Shown here: in pieces, positions 49,620 through 64,000 of the stretch
Position numbering within the stretch: the first letter of the stretch is position 1
How the letters are laid out: each line of letters begins with the position of its first letter
Assembly (NCBI GenBank): GCA_014905635.1
Contig: JABVCE010000015.1
Location: forward strand, 434,001-498,000
Direction: 5' to 3'
DNA: 64,000 nucleotides
DNA from: Scenedesmus sp. PABB004
Lineage: Eukaryota
Notes under the pieces: model-generated
Databases searched by the model: none
The model's input: the letters and a program-made list of their open reading frames with translations, nothing else
What the model was told of the DNA's origin: nothing
Translations under genes and position numbers: made by a program

Positions 49620-52600
49620 GGCGGCGCGCGCGCTTGCCTTTGAGAGGAAGACGGTGTTAATGCGGTTTGTGTTTTTGAAGATCGACAGCACCTTTGAGAG
49701 AGGGGGGGGCGCAGGGGGCGGGCGGCGGGGTCGGGCGGCGACGGGGCGTGGGCGCGCGCGCGCGCGGGGCACGGCCCAGCGCCTGGGAGCGGCCGAGGCG
49801 GCGACGACGACGCCGCCGCGGCCGCGGCCGCGTGCCTGGGTGCGCTCTGCGTGGCTGGTCTTGCCGTAGATGAAGGGCTTGCCCAGCGCCTTGGCGTACG
49901 CCTGGGGTTTGAACAGCAGCGGGGTTTAGGGGCGGGCCGGGGCGGGGTTTAGGGGGAGCAGGGTTTAGGGTCTGGGGCTGCGGAGGTTTAGGGGGCGGCG
50001 GCGGGGGTTCACCTCGAGGGCGTAGACGTTGTCGCTGAACACGATGACCTGGCGGGGGCAGTGGGCGGGGCGGGGGGGGGGGGGGGGAGAGGAGGGGATG
50101 TGAGGCGAGGGAGGGGCGGGCAGTGGGCAGGGCGGGCAGATGGACGCCGCGCAGCGCGGCGCGGCGCTTGCGGGCACGTGGTCGGTGCGCGCGGCCACGC
50201 CTAAACCCACCTTGTCGCCGCGCACGCGCTCGTGCCAGTCGATGAGGTACTGGGCGACCATGAACTTGTGGGGGTTCATAACGTACAGCAGCTGCCTGCG
50301 CGGGGTTGCGGGGTTTAGGGTTTAGGGCGGGAGGGGTCGGGGCAGGGTTTAGGGGTGAAGACGGAGCGGGGGCGAGCAGGGGCGGGCGCGGCCGCAGAGA
50401 TCAAACAACGACGACGAGGGGTCAGCCAGGCAGCCAGCAACAAAAAGGCGGCGCGCAGAAAGGAGCCGACCGACGGCGGCCGCGGCGGGCGGCGGGCGGC
50501 GCCGCACTTGACCGAGTCGTGCGCCGCCTCGCGGTTGAGGTACTCGGCGTAAAACTCGCGCGTCATGGGGCACCACACCTGCGCGGCGTGTGTTATTGTG
50601 TTAGTTATGTGTCAAATTGATGCAGCTTGACGTCGTCATCGCTGATCGTGTGTGTTGCCAAGGGGGCGGGCCGCGAGGGCTGGGGCGCGCGCGCCGGGGC
50701 GGGGCCCCCTCCCTCCACGCGCACACGCGCAGCGCGGGCGCCTGAACCCTGAGCCGCCGCACCTCGACGCACTGCACGTTTGCGATGTGCCCCGCGCGCG
50801 TGAGGTCGAGCCAGTTGGCCTCGTACAGCTTGGGGCCTGCCGGGGGGAGAGGGGTGTGCGTGGGGGGAGAGGTTGGTGGGGAGGGAGCGCGGGAGGGTTC
50901 AGGGCGTGCGGGAGGCCGGGCGTGGGTCGGGGCGAGGGGGAGGGACGCCGGCCCCCTGCCCTGACCCGCGCTGCCGCCGACAACCCTCGCGCCCCCTAAG
51001 CCCCTCCGCGCCCCCCGCTACACCCCAAGCTGCCCTTCCCTTACACCCAACCCCCCGCTTAACCCTTGCTCCCTAAACCCTAAGCCCTTGCTCCCTAAAC
51101 CCTTGCTGAGCCCCCCCCCCCGCCCGCACCTATGAGGAAGTTTAGGTCCCCGATCAGCTCGTCCTCGCGCACGAGCGTCGCGGTCAGGCCGAGCTTGGTG
51201 TGCGCCTTGACGATGCCGATGACCTGGCGGGGTTGAGGGGGGCGTGGGCGGGCGGGGTTCAGGGGGGCGCGAGGGTTGTTGAAGGCCGCGGGCGGCGCGG
51301 CGCGGCGTGGCGCGGCGCGCACAGCACGGACCACCCTCCTGGGGCCCGCCCCCGCCCCCGCGCCCGCGCCGTGGCGGCGCGGCTCCCTAAAAACGTCCTA
51401 AAACCCCCGTCACCTGGCGGAACATGCGCGCCGGCACGACGTGCACCTCGTCCAGCAGCAGCAGGCCCCACTCCTGCCCGCCGATCAGCGCCATGACCTG
51501 CGGCGGCGGCGGCGGCGGGGGTTTAGGGGGGCTCAGGGGTTTAGTGGGGGCTCAGGGATTGAGGGACTTCAAAAGGGAGGGGGCAGCGGCGGGGCCTGGA
51601 GCGCGGCGCGCCCCGCGCGCAACGCAACCAGAGAACTGACGCCCGCCTGCGCCCCGCCATCTTCACCCCGCCCCGCCCCACCCCGCCCCGCCCCGCGCCC
51701 CACGCCCCGCCTAAACCCAACCCTGCACCCCGCGCGCGCGCGACCGCGCACCGCCTTGCCGTAGTCGCTGCGCTTGCCGCCGTGGGCGATCATGTTGAAT
51801 GTCGTCACGCACACGCACGGCGACGACAGGCGCGCGAGGTTGGCCGCCGCCTGCGCCTCGTTGGCGCTCGTGCCGGCGACGAACCTGGACAGGGGGTTGG
51901 TTTTGCGGGGGGCGGGGCGGGGAGGTGAGGTTCAGGGGGCCGCCGGGCTCAGGAAGGGGGCTGGGAGGGCGCTGCGGGGCCGGCGCCGGCCCACGCCCCC
52001 CAGAATAAAAGTGACACAAAAAGTGACGCAAAAACTAACACCTAAACACCCGCCACGCCGCGCGCGGCCGCCGCCGCACTTTACGACGTCGCCCTCGGTG
52101 AGCGTCGTCCACAGCGCAAACTGGTGCGCCCACTGGTCGACGCTGACGGAGGAGGTGCAGAGCACGAGCACGCTGCGCTTGATGCGCGCCGCCGCGGCGA
52201 CGCCGACGAGGCTCTTGCCCGCGCCGCAGGGCAGCACGATGATGCCTGGCGGCGGGGTTTAGGGTTTAGGGGGTGGGCGGGTGGGAGGGTGTGTGTTGCG
52301 TGGGTGGGTTGTCTGAGCGCCCCGCGCGAGCGCACGCGCGCCGGCCCACGCGCGCCCCGAGCGCCCTGCCAGCGCTCAGCTAGGCCTGCGTCCCCGGCCC
52401 TCGCCCTGCAACCCCTCCTTCAAACCCTCAACCCTGAACCCCAAAACCCCGCAAAACCGCGCCGCCGCACCCGAGCGCGCGCGGCCGTTGCCAAACATCT
52501 TGGCGAGGCTCTTCTCCTGGTAGGGCCGCAGCGCCACGCCGCGGCGCAGGCTCACGTCGAGCGGGGGCAGGCTCGCGTCGTGGGCAAAGTCATACTCCTC

Positions 52601-55600
52601 CAGCAGCGGGCAGTCGAGGCCCGAGTGGCCGGGCAGGCACTCGCGCTTCACGCGCTCCACCTGGCGCGGCGGGGCGTTGCGCGGGGAGGGCGTTGCGAGG
52701 GGAGGGCGTTGAGGGTTTGGGGGGTGGGTGTCGCGAGGGGAGGAGGGGAGGGTTGAGGGGAGCGGCGGCGCGCGCCGGCCGCGTCCCTCCCGCTCGCCCT
52801 CTCCCTCGCGCGCACGGCGGCGGCCCCCGGCGGGCCGGCACCCGAAGCCCGGCGGCGCCTGAACCCCGCCGCCGCCGGCGGCGCCTAAACCCCACCTCGC
52901 TGGGCCGGATCTCAAACGCGACCACCTCGCGCTCCGGGTCCTCCTCCTCCTCCTGCTCCTCGTAGCCCCCGTCGCCGCCGCCGAGCGCCGCGCCCGCGAG
53001 CGCCGCCCACGCGCCGCCGGGCGCGCCGCCGGCGGGCGCGCCCGTCGCGGCGGCGAGCGCCGCGGTCGCGGCGAGGCGGCCGCGCCGCGCGGGCGGCTCA
53101 GGCGCGGCGCCGGCGCCGGCGCCGGCGCCGGCGCCGCCGTCCGCCGCCAGCGCGCCCTCCACATCCTCCTCCGACTCTGACGACCCCCCGCCGCCGCCGG
53201 GGCCGCCGCCGTCGCCGTCGCCGTCGGACGCCGCCGCCGACGCGGGGCGCTTCGGCCGCCGCCGCCGCCCGCCGACGAGCGGCGAGTCGCCGCCGCTCTC
53301 GGCGCCGGCGTCCGCGCCGGCCTCTGCGCTGGCGCCGCCGGCCGGGGGCGCGTCGGGCATGTCGGCGTCGGCCGGCTCGCCTGCCGCCGCGCCGTCGGCT
53401 GCCGCCGCGGCGCGGCGCCGCGCGCGGGGCACGCCCAGCAGCTCCTCATCCTCGTCGTCGCTGCCCCCCGCCTGCTGCTGCAGCGGCTGCTGCTGCTGCC
53501 CCGCCTGCCCCGCCTGCTTCCCCGCCTGCTCCGCCTGCTGCTGCTGCTGCTGCGGCGCGCCCGCCGGCGGCGCCGGCCGCGGCCGCGCGCGCGCGACGAC
53601 GCCGGTGAAGTCCTCCGGGTCGGACTCGCTGTCAGAGTCGCCAAAGGGATCAAAGAAGCGCCCCCCGCCCGCCGCCGGGGCCGGCGCCGGCGCCGCCGCC
53701 GGCGCGGGCGCCGCCGTCGGCTGCGCAGCAGCCGCTGCGGCCGCTGCCGCCGCCGCGCGCGCGGCGCCCGCCGCCGCGACCGCGCGCGCCGCGTCGACGG
53801 CGGGCCCGCCCGCCGCGGCGCCCGCGACCGCGGCGGCCGCCTCGGCTGCGAGCCCGCCGCCGGCGCCGCCAGCCGCTGGTCCGCCCGCGGCGGCGCCGCC
53901 GGCCGCCGCCGCACCCTCGGCCGCGGCGGCCATGGTTGCCTGGAAGAGGCGCGCCGCCGCGTGCTCCTTCACCGCCGCGCGGCGCACCAGGCCGCGCGCG
54001 TCCGCGCCTGTCGCGTGCAGTCCGGCGGCGGCGGCGGCGGCGGCGGTCAGTCCAGCGCCGCGCCGGGCACGCCGCCCTCCCGAGCAGCACCAGCAGGGGC
54101 AGCACGCGGCGCGGCCTCAACCCCTCGCCCGCGCGCGCGCACCCGGCGTGTCGAGCGCGCGCGCCGCCGCGATGACGGGGTTAGCGAGCAGCCGCTGCAG
54201 CACCTCGGCGTCGCCGGTCTCGACCCAGAAGCGGTTGTGCTTGAGCACCAGCTTGACCTTGCCGTAGCTCTTGGTCGCGCCGGCGATGAAGCGGCGCAGC
54301 TTGTTGCTCAGCCGCACCTGCGCGCGCGGCCGCGGCGGCGGGGCTGGTTTTATGTGTGGCCGCGCAGCCAAGCCGAGCGGCGCGCGCGCACACGGTGCCC
54401 CCCCCCCACACACACACACAAAACACAGAGACAGACAGGCACGCGCCTTTGAGAGCTTGTCCAGCACGCCCAGGATGGTGTCGCGGTCGAGGCCCACGCT
54501 CACGGCGGCGTAGAGGCTCTGCACGCGGGGCGTGCGGGGTCGAGCGGCGCGGCACGGGTTCCAGGGGCGCGGCACGGGGTCCGCGGTTCAGGCGCGCTCG
54601 CGGCCCCTCTGCCGCCTGCCGCTCCCGAGCTCTGGACCCGCGCCGCCGGCGACCCGCCGCCGATGGTGCAAGCCCCGCAGGACCCCTGCTGCGCCCTCAA
54701 CCCTGGCTGCGCCCTAAACCCCGTCTGCGCCGCCGGCGCCTCACCTGGGGCGTGAGCACGTACTCGTGGATTGACTGCGGGCGGCAGACCGGCTCCGCGA
54801 TGGCGATGAGAAAGTCATACGCCTGCAGGGTTGGGGTTTAGGGGGAGGAGGCAGGCGGCAGGGTTTTGTTAGAGGCGAGCGCGTCTCCAGGACGATGCGG
54901 CCAGCCCGGCGGCGTGCCTCGACGCCCAGACTGACGCCGGCAGCCCCCCCTCGACCCCTTAACCCTGCGGCCCGTGGCGACGCTAAACCCCGCCGTGCCT
55001 GCTTGTAGATGGGCGAGTAGGTCTCCAGGAAGATGCGGCCGTCGCTGCACACCCACAGCGGGCGGGCCCAGTGGTCGGGCTTGAGCGAGAGCGAGCTGTA
55101 GTCGTTGTGCGCGTAGCCACCGCCGATGACCTGAGGCGCGGCGCGGCGCGCGCGGGCCGGCGCGGCGCGCGGGGACCAGCACGCGGTTCAGCAGGGCGGG
55201 CGTCGGCGGCGGCGCTGGCGTGCGTTCCCGGGTCGCCCCTGCGCAGCGCCCGCGGCAGGGTTGGTTTAGGGGAGAAGAAGCAGTCAGACGCACCGTGCCG
55301 AAGCCGCACGCGCCGCCCTCGTCCTCGTCGTCGCCGCGCCAGCCGTCGTCGCCGGCGCCGCCGTACTCGTCGCTGCCGGCCTCCTCCGCCTCGAGCCCCT
55401 CCTCCCAGTCGCTGCTGCTGCTGCCGCCGCCGCCGCCGCGGCTGCTGGGCGTCGTTCGGCGCGCTGCGCGGCCGCCGCCGCGCCCGCCGCCGCGGCCGCC
55501 GCCGCGGCCGCCGCGGGCGCCGCCGCCGCCGCCGCCGCGGCTGCTGCCGCCCGCGGCGGCGCCGCTGCCGCCGCCGCTCGCGGTGCCCGCGTGCGTGGCG

Positions 55601-57361
55601 GTGCCCGTCGGCGCGGCGCTGCTCGGCGGGCCGGGCGAGGCCGCCTCGCCGCCACCGGTGACGGCCGCCGCCGCCGCAGCCGCCGCCGCCGCGGGGTCGC
55701 CGAGCGCCGCTGCGAGCGCGGCGTCGCCGCCGACCGGCGCGGCCGCGGCCGCCGCCGCGTCGCCGGCGCCGCCGTCGTCCTCCGCGCCGGGCGTGTAATA
55801 CAGGTGCCCCTCGCCCTCCCCCACCGCGGCGGCGGCCGCGACGACCGCGGCGACCCCCGCCGCGGCGGCGCGGCGGCTGCTCTGCCGCGCCGGCGGCGGC
55901 GCCGGCGCGGCGCCGCCGCGCCGGCCGCGCCGCGGCTTGGCCTCCAGCGCGTCGTCGTCCTCCTGGCGACGATCGGGGGCGGGGGGCGGGCACGCGCGTC
56001 AGCGGCCGCGCAGCCCCCCACTCGTCCGCCGCCGCACCACAACACACAATGACTGTTATAACATAAAACACAAAAAGCAACAAAACAACAACACACCTCC
56101 ATGGCGAGGTCGAAGTCCTCGTCGTCGGGGTTGTCCTCCATCGCGAGGTCGCCGTCGTCGTCGTCGTCGTCGCTGAGCACCTCCCACTCGCCCGGGTCGC
56201 GCCGCGGCTTTGGCGGCGCCTTGGGCTTCTTGGGCCGCGGCTCGCGCTTGGGCTGCGGCCGCGGCCGCGGCGGCGCGGCGCGGCGACGCGGGCGGAGGGC
56301 GGCCGACGGCGGCGGCGGGAAGCGTGGGTGCGGGTGCGGCCGCGGCGGCGCCGCGGGCGGGCCGGACGCCGCGTGCCGCCCACGGCCCGCGGCGCGGTCG
56401 CGCGCGCAGCGCGGTCGCGCGCGCAGCGCGGCCGCCGGCCGCCTGGCCTCCTAAACCACCCCGCACCTTTGGCGGCGGCGGCTCGTCGGGCAGCAGCCAG
56501 GCGTCCGGGTTGTCCAGGTCGAGGCCGTCCGGGTCGACGTAGCTCGTGTCGAGCGCCTTGCGCGCCACGGACCGCCCCGAGCGCCGCCCCGCGATGCTGG
56601 GCGAGTCGGGGTCGTCGTACGCGGGCACCGGCACGTACCTGACAGCGGCGTGGCGCGGGTGGGTGGAGCACAGGGCGCTTGGTTGGTTTTTGGTGGTTTG
56701 TTAGTGGTTTTTTGGTTCGCTTGTCTAATTGTGTGTCTAATTGTGCTTGGTTTGGACGGGCTGCTGGCGTGCACGCGCCGGGCAGGGCTGCTGGCGGGCA
56801 GGGCCCAGAGGGGGGGGGGGGCGCGCGCGGCGCGCCGCGCGCACCGGTCGGTCGGCGGCGCTGCGAGCGAGTGGTCCGTCGGCACACCGCCCTCCTCGGC
56901 GATCAGCCGCGCGAGGCCGCGCGACGCGGCGCGCTGCACGCGCCCCGACGCGGTGTAGCGGAGCTCCTGCGCGCCGCCGCAGCGGGCGGGGCGCGGGCGC
57001 GGGCGTCGGCGCGGCGCGGTGCGTGCGTGGGGCGCGAGGGGCGCGCGGCGGAGGGGAGCAAGAGGACGCGGGGGCCGGCGCGCGCCGCCGCCGCCGCCGC
57101 AGCTGCGCGCTTGCCTGCGAGCCGCCGTCGCAGCCGCCACCGCCGAGGCGCGACGCGAGCCGCAGGCGCTGCGCCGCGCCGCCGTCGTGGCCGCCGTACG
57201 ACCCGCCCTGGCTGTAGCCCTGGCTGTAGCTGCGCTGCAGCTGGCCGTACGCGGCGCCGCCCGCCGTGGCCGCCGCAAACGCGCTGTCGTAGTCGTACGC
57301 CGGTGCCGGCGGCGGCGCCGGCGGCAGCGCCTGCGCGTGCGCGTCGGACGCGCCGCCGGGC

Positions 57362-57398
<37 letters not shown>

Positions 57399-57684
57399 GG
57401 ATGCGCAGCTTGAAGCCGCTCGCGCTGCTGCCGCCGCCGAGCGTGCCGTACGTGCCCGTCGACGCCGCCGGCATCGGCGCGCCCATCGGCGCGTCCGACG
57501 CGGCGGGGCGCGGGGGCATGCCGCCGCCGCGGCCAGGCGACGCATGGCCGTCGCCAGCACCGCCGCCGGCGCCGCCACCGGAGACGCCAGCGCCGCCGCC
57601 GCCGCCGCTGGTGCCGCCACCGCCGCCGAGCTTGAGCTTCAGCTTCAGCCCCCCGCCCGCGGTCGTGCCGGTGAGGCTCGACAT
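48170..57684 (-). CDS. XPB: TFIIH translocase/helicase XPB (ERCC3/Ssl2) with long N-terminal extension and internal insertion; ~25 exons
   Basis: [146 protein letters not shown]. The core is certain; joining of the five upstream exons (55294-57684) rests on frame-consistent splice sites only. Confidence 0.93.
49925..55271. repeat. Dispersed telomere-type TTTAGGG/CCCTAAA units within XPB introns
   Basis: 16 exact copies counted by eye: 49925, 49948, 49964, 49987, 50314, 50321, 50348, 51071, 51093, 51385, 51522, 52258, 52265, 54712, 54837, 55265, plus TTCAGGG/TTGAGGG variants. Confidence 0.85.
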
Positions 57685-58698
57685 GCCTCGCCGCCGCCGC
57701 TGCGCCGCCGCCGGCGCGGCGGCGCCGCCGCCCGCCGCCGCGGCGCGGCGCGCGCCGCGCCCCTCACGCGGCGCCTATGGCTGCTGGTGCTGCCGCTGCT
57801 GCCGCTGCCGCCGCCGCGTCGTCGCGGCGGGTGCGCCCACGCCGGCCTGCGACTCCTGCGACCAGGGAGGAGCGGCAGGGGCCGGGCGGGGGCAGGTGCG
57901 GGGTCGGGCGCGCGGCGGGTGCGGCGCTGTGGCGGCGCAGCTGCCGGCAGCGGGCTCGAGCGCGCGCGGGCGCGGCCGTGGCGCTGCCGCTGCGTCAGAG
58001 CAGCGCTGCTCGACTGCCGCGCGTGCCGGGAGGCCGAGGCGACGCGCACGGGCCCGCGCTGCGCCAGGCTGCGTGGGCCTGCTGGGCGATGCTGCTGCTG
58101 CCGCGCGGCGCGGGCGCCCTGGGGCCTGGTCTCCCGGCAGGCGTGTCTGTACCGAGCGTAGATGCTGCCGCGATGCCGACCCGCGCGTCTGCCCCGCCCT
58201 GCTGGCGCCGCGGGGCGTGCTGCTGCTGCGCCCCGCCCGCCCGCACCTGCGCGCCGCCCCGGCGGCTCGCGGTTGTGGTCGGTCCTGCCTCCAGAGCCCG
58301 CCGCGGCGCCTGAAGCGGCTGCGAGAGAGCTTGGGCTCGCGCGCGGGTGCGGCGGCGCGCGCCGCTCGTCGGCCGCTGCTGCTCGCTGTGGTGCGCGACG
58401 CTGCCGCTCGTCTGCAGCGCGCGCGGGTGTGCGGTGTGCAGGCACAGAGCGAACCTGCATGTGCTGGCCACCCGAGCGGCCGCGCTCAACCCCGCGAGCT
58501 GCGCCGCAAGCCACGCCCACCTCAGCGGCGCCCGCACTCACGCTCCCAAACCCACAGCCCGTGCGACGTCTCCCGTGCCTTCATCCGGCCCCACCTGCGG
58601 CCCGTTTGGCCAGGCGCACGCACCGCGGCGGCCGGTCAACGCAACCGCACGCGCCGCCGCCGCTGGCTCCCACGGCTGCCGCCGCCCGGCGCCCCAGC

Positions 58699-59569
58699 AT
58701 GCACTCGCCCCTGTACGGCAGCGAGCGCGGCTCGCCGACCAAGCGCGGCCTGCTCGACTCGCTGCGCCGCGCGATGCCGTCCGGCAGCGGCCGCCCCGAG
58801 TCGCCGGCGTCGTCGTTCGGTGCGCGGCCGCGCGCGCCGCGCCAGGCGCGCCGCACCCCGGCCGCCGCCGCCGCCGCTCCCCGCGCCGCCGCCGCCGCCG
58901 ACGCGCCGCGCCGCGGCGCGCAGGCGGCAGCGAGCTCGGCGGGACGCCCCGGTCACGGCTGTTCCCGTCGTTCAGCAGCGGCCAGCGCAAGCGCGACACC
59001 ATCCGCAAGCTGGAGGAGGAGCTCAACATCGCCCAGGCGCGCGCGGCGCGGCAGCAGCACGAGCGGCAGCGGGGGCAGTCGCGGCGCAGCGCAGCGTCGA
59101 CTTGACATGATTCGCGCCAGCCTGCGCGCCACCCCTCCCGCCTGCGTCCACACCGCGCGCGCAGGTGCAGCTGCAGGGCCAGGGCGTGCAGCTCGCCCGC
59201 GCGCAGGCGGCGCTCGCGGCCGAGGCGGCGGGCCGCGCGGACGCGCTCGAGCGGCTGCACATGCAGGCGCGGCGCGCGCACGCCAGCCAGCTGTCGCGGG
59301 CCGCGTTTGACCGCGCGCATGTTTTGACTAACAACTGGTTTGACCGCACGTGGCCGCCGCAGTACTTCAAGGCCAACCTGCTCGCTGACATGATGGTGGC
59401 CCAGCTGCTCGGCCTCGAAGACACCGCCGCAGCCGCGCTGGACCAGCAGCCGCGCGGCGGCGGCGGCAGCAGCGCGCAGGCGCCGGCGGTGCAGCCGGCC
59501 GCGGCGGCGGCGGCACCAGCGGCGGCGGGCGGCGGCGAGGCGGTGCTGGAAGAGAGCTCGTTTGACTGA
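58699..59569 (+). CDS. Small coiled-coil protein, possibly Chibby-like; 4 exons
   Basis: ATG at 58699 (MHSPLYGSERGSP..). Introns 58820-58923 (GT), 59037-59164 (GC) and probably 59267-59362 (GC, in frame, GACTAAC branch site). Contains IRKLEEELNIAQ..ERLHMQ|YFKANLLADMMVAQLL. Confidence 0.6.
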
Positions 59570-59684
59570 GGCGGGGCGGGCGAGCATCTGAGCAGCGTTG
59601 CAACGCTGCTGCAATGCGGTCGTGAGCCGCGCAGAGCGGCCGGCGGCGCCGCGGACCCCCGCCACTCCGCCGGCCGGCCGGCCG

Positions 59685-63841
<4,157 letters not shown>

Positions 63842-64000
63842 GCCGGACCGTGGCGCATGCCCGCCGGTCCGGAGACCGTGATACGCCTGCGCAGCGGCGC
63901 CTGGCGGGGCTGGGCGCGCCGGCGGCGCCTGCTGCGCACGGCACGGCCCGGTCTTGCTGCTGCTCGTCGTCGAGCGGCGCCCAGCAGACGCAGCCGGCAG

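Noticed and set aside
51751..51754. Apparent GC donor after DYGK in XPB
   Set aside because: An in-frame canonical GT donor 3 nt further on (GCG|GTGCGC) fits the conserved spacing better, so it was not counted.
49925..52271. True telomere or chromosome fusion site
   Set aside because: Never more than two exact units in tandem, and all lie inside introns of an intact gene.

Overview
Eukaryotic, extremely GC-rich nuclear DNA with many short spliceosomal introns (GTGCG/GTGAG donors, CAG acceptors, TGTAA poly(A) signals). This fits a chlorophyte green alga, plausibly Chlorophyceae (inference). Most of the supplied ORF track is GC-driven noise, so I spliced the genes by hand and obtained 11 gene models with about 121 introns. 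In order: a Pmp-repeat beta-helix + Cys-rich + multi-TM receptor-like protein (+); a giant secreted mosaic protein (+); an RS-repeat/LOTUS-like protein (-); ALYREF (+); ZNF207/BuGZ (-); type I L-asparaginase (-); RPN7 (+); a coiled-coil + 2xPLAT protein (+); an N-terminally extended XPB (-); a small possibly Chibby-like protein (+); CFAP100 (-). Main observations: (1) about 15% of introns need GC donors, and many introns are polarised (G/T-rich 5' half, C/A-rich 3' half, including oriented telomere-type TTTAGGG/CCCTAAA units), suggesting fold-back introns; (2) the secreted mosaic protein carries an apparently dead clan-CD (caspase/gingipain-like) domain and a bacterial-type LYDDG motif on one 2 kb exon; (3) six small frameshifts in otherwise intact genes, most likely assembly indels. 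No rRNA, tRNA, CRISPR array or transposase was seen. All domain calls come from motif recognition by eye, not database searches.
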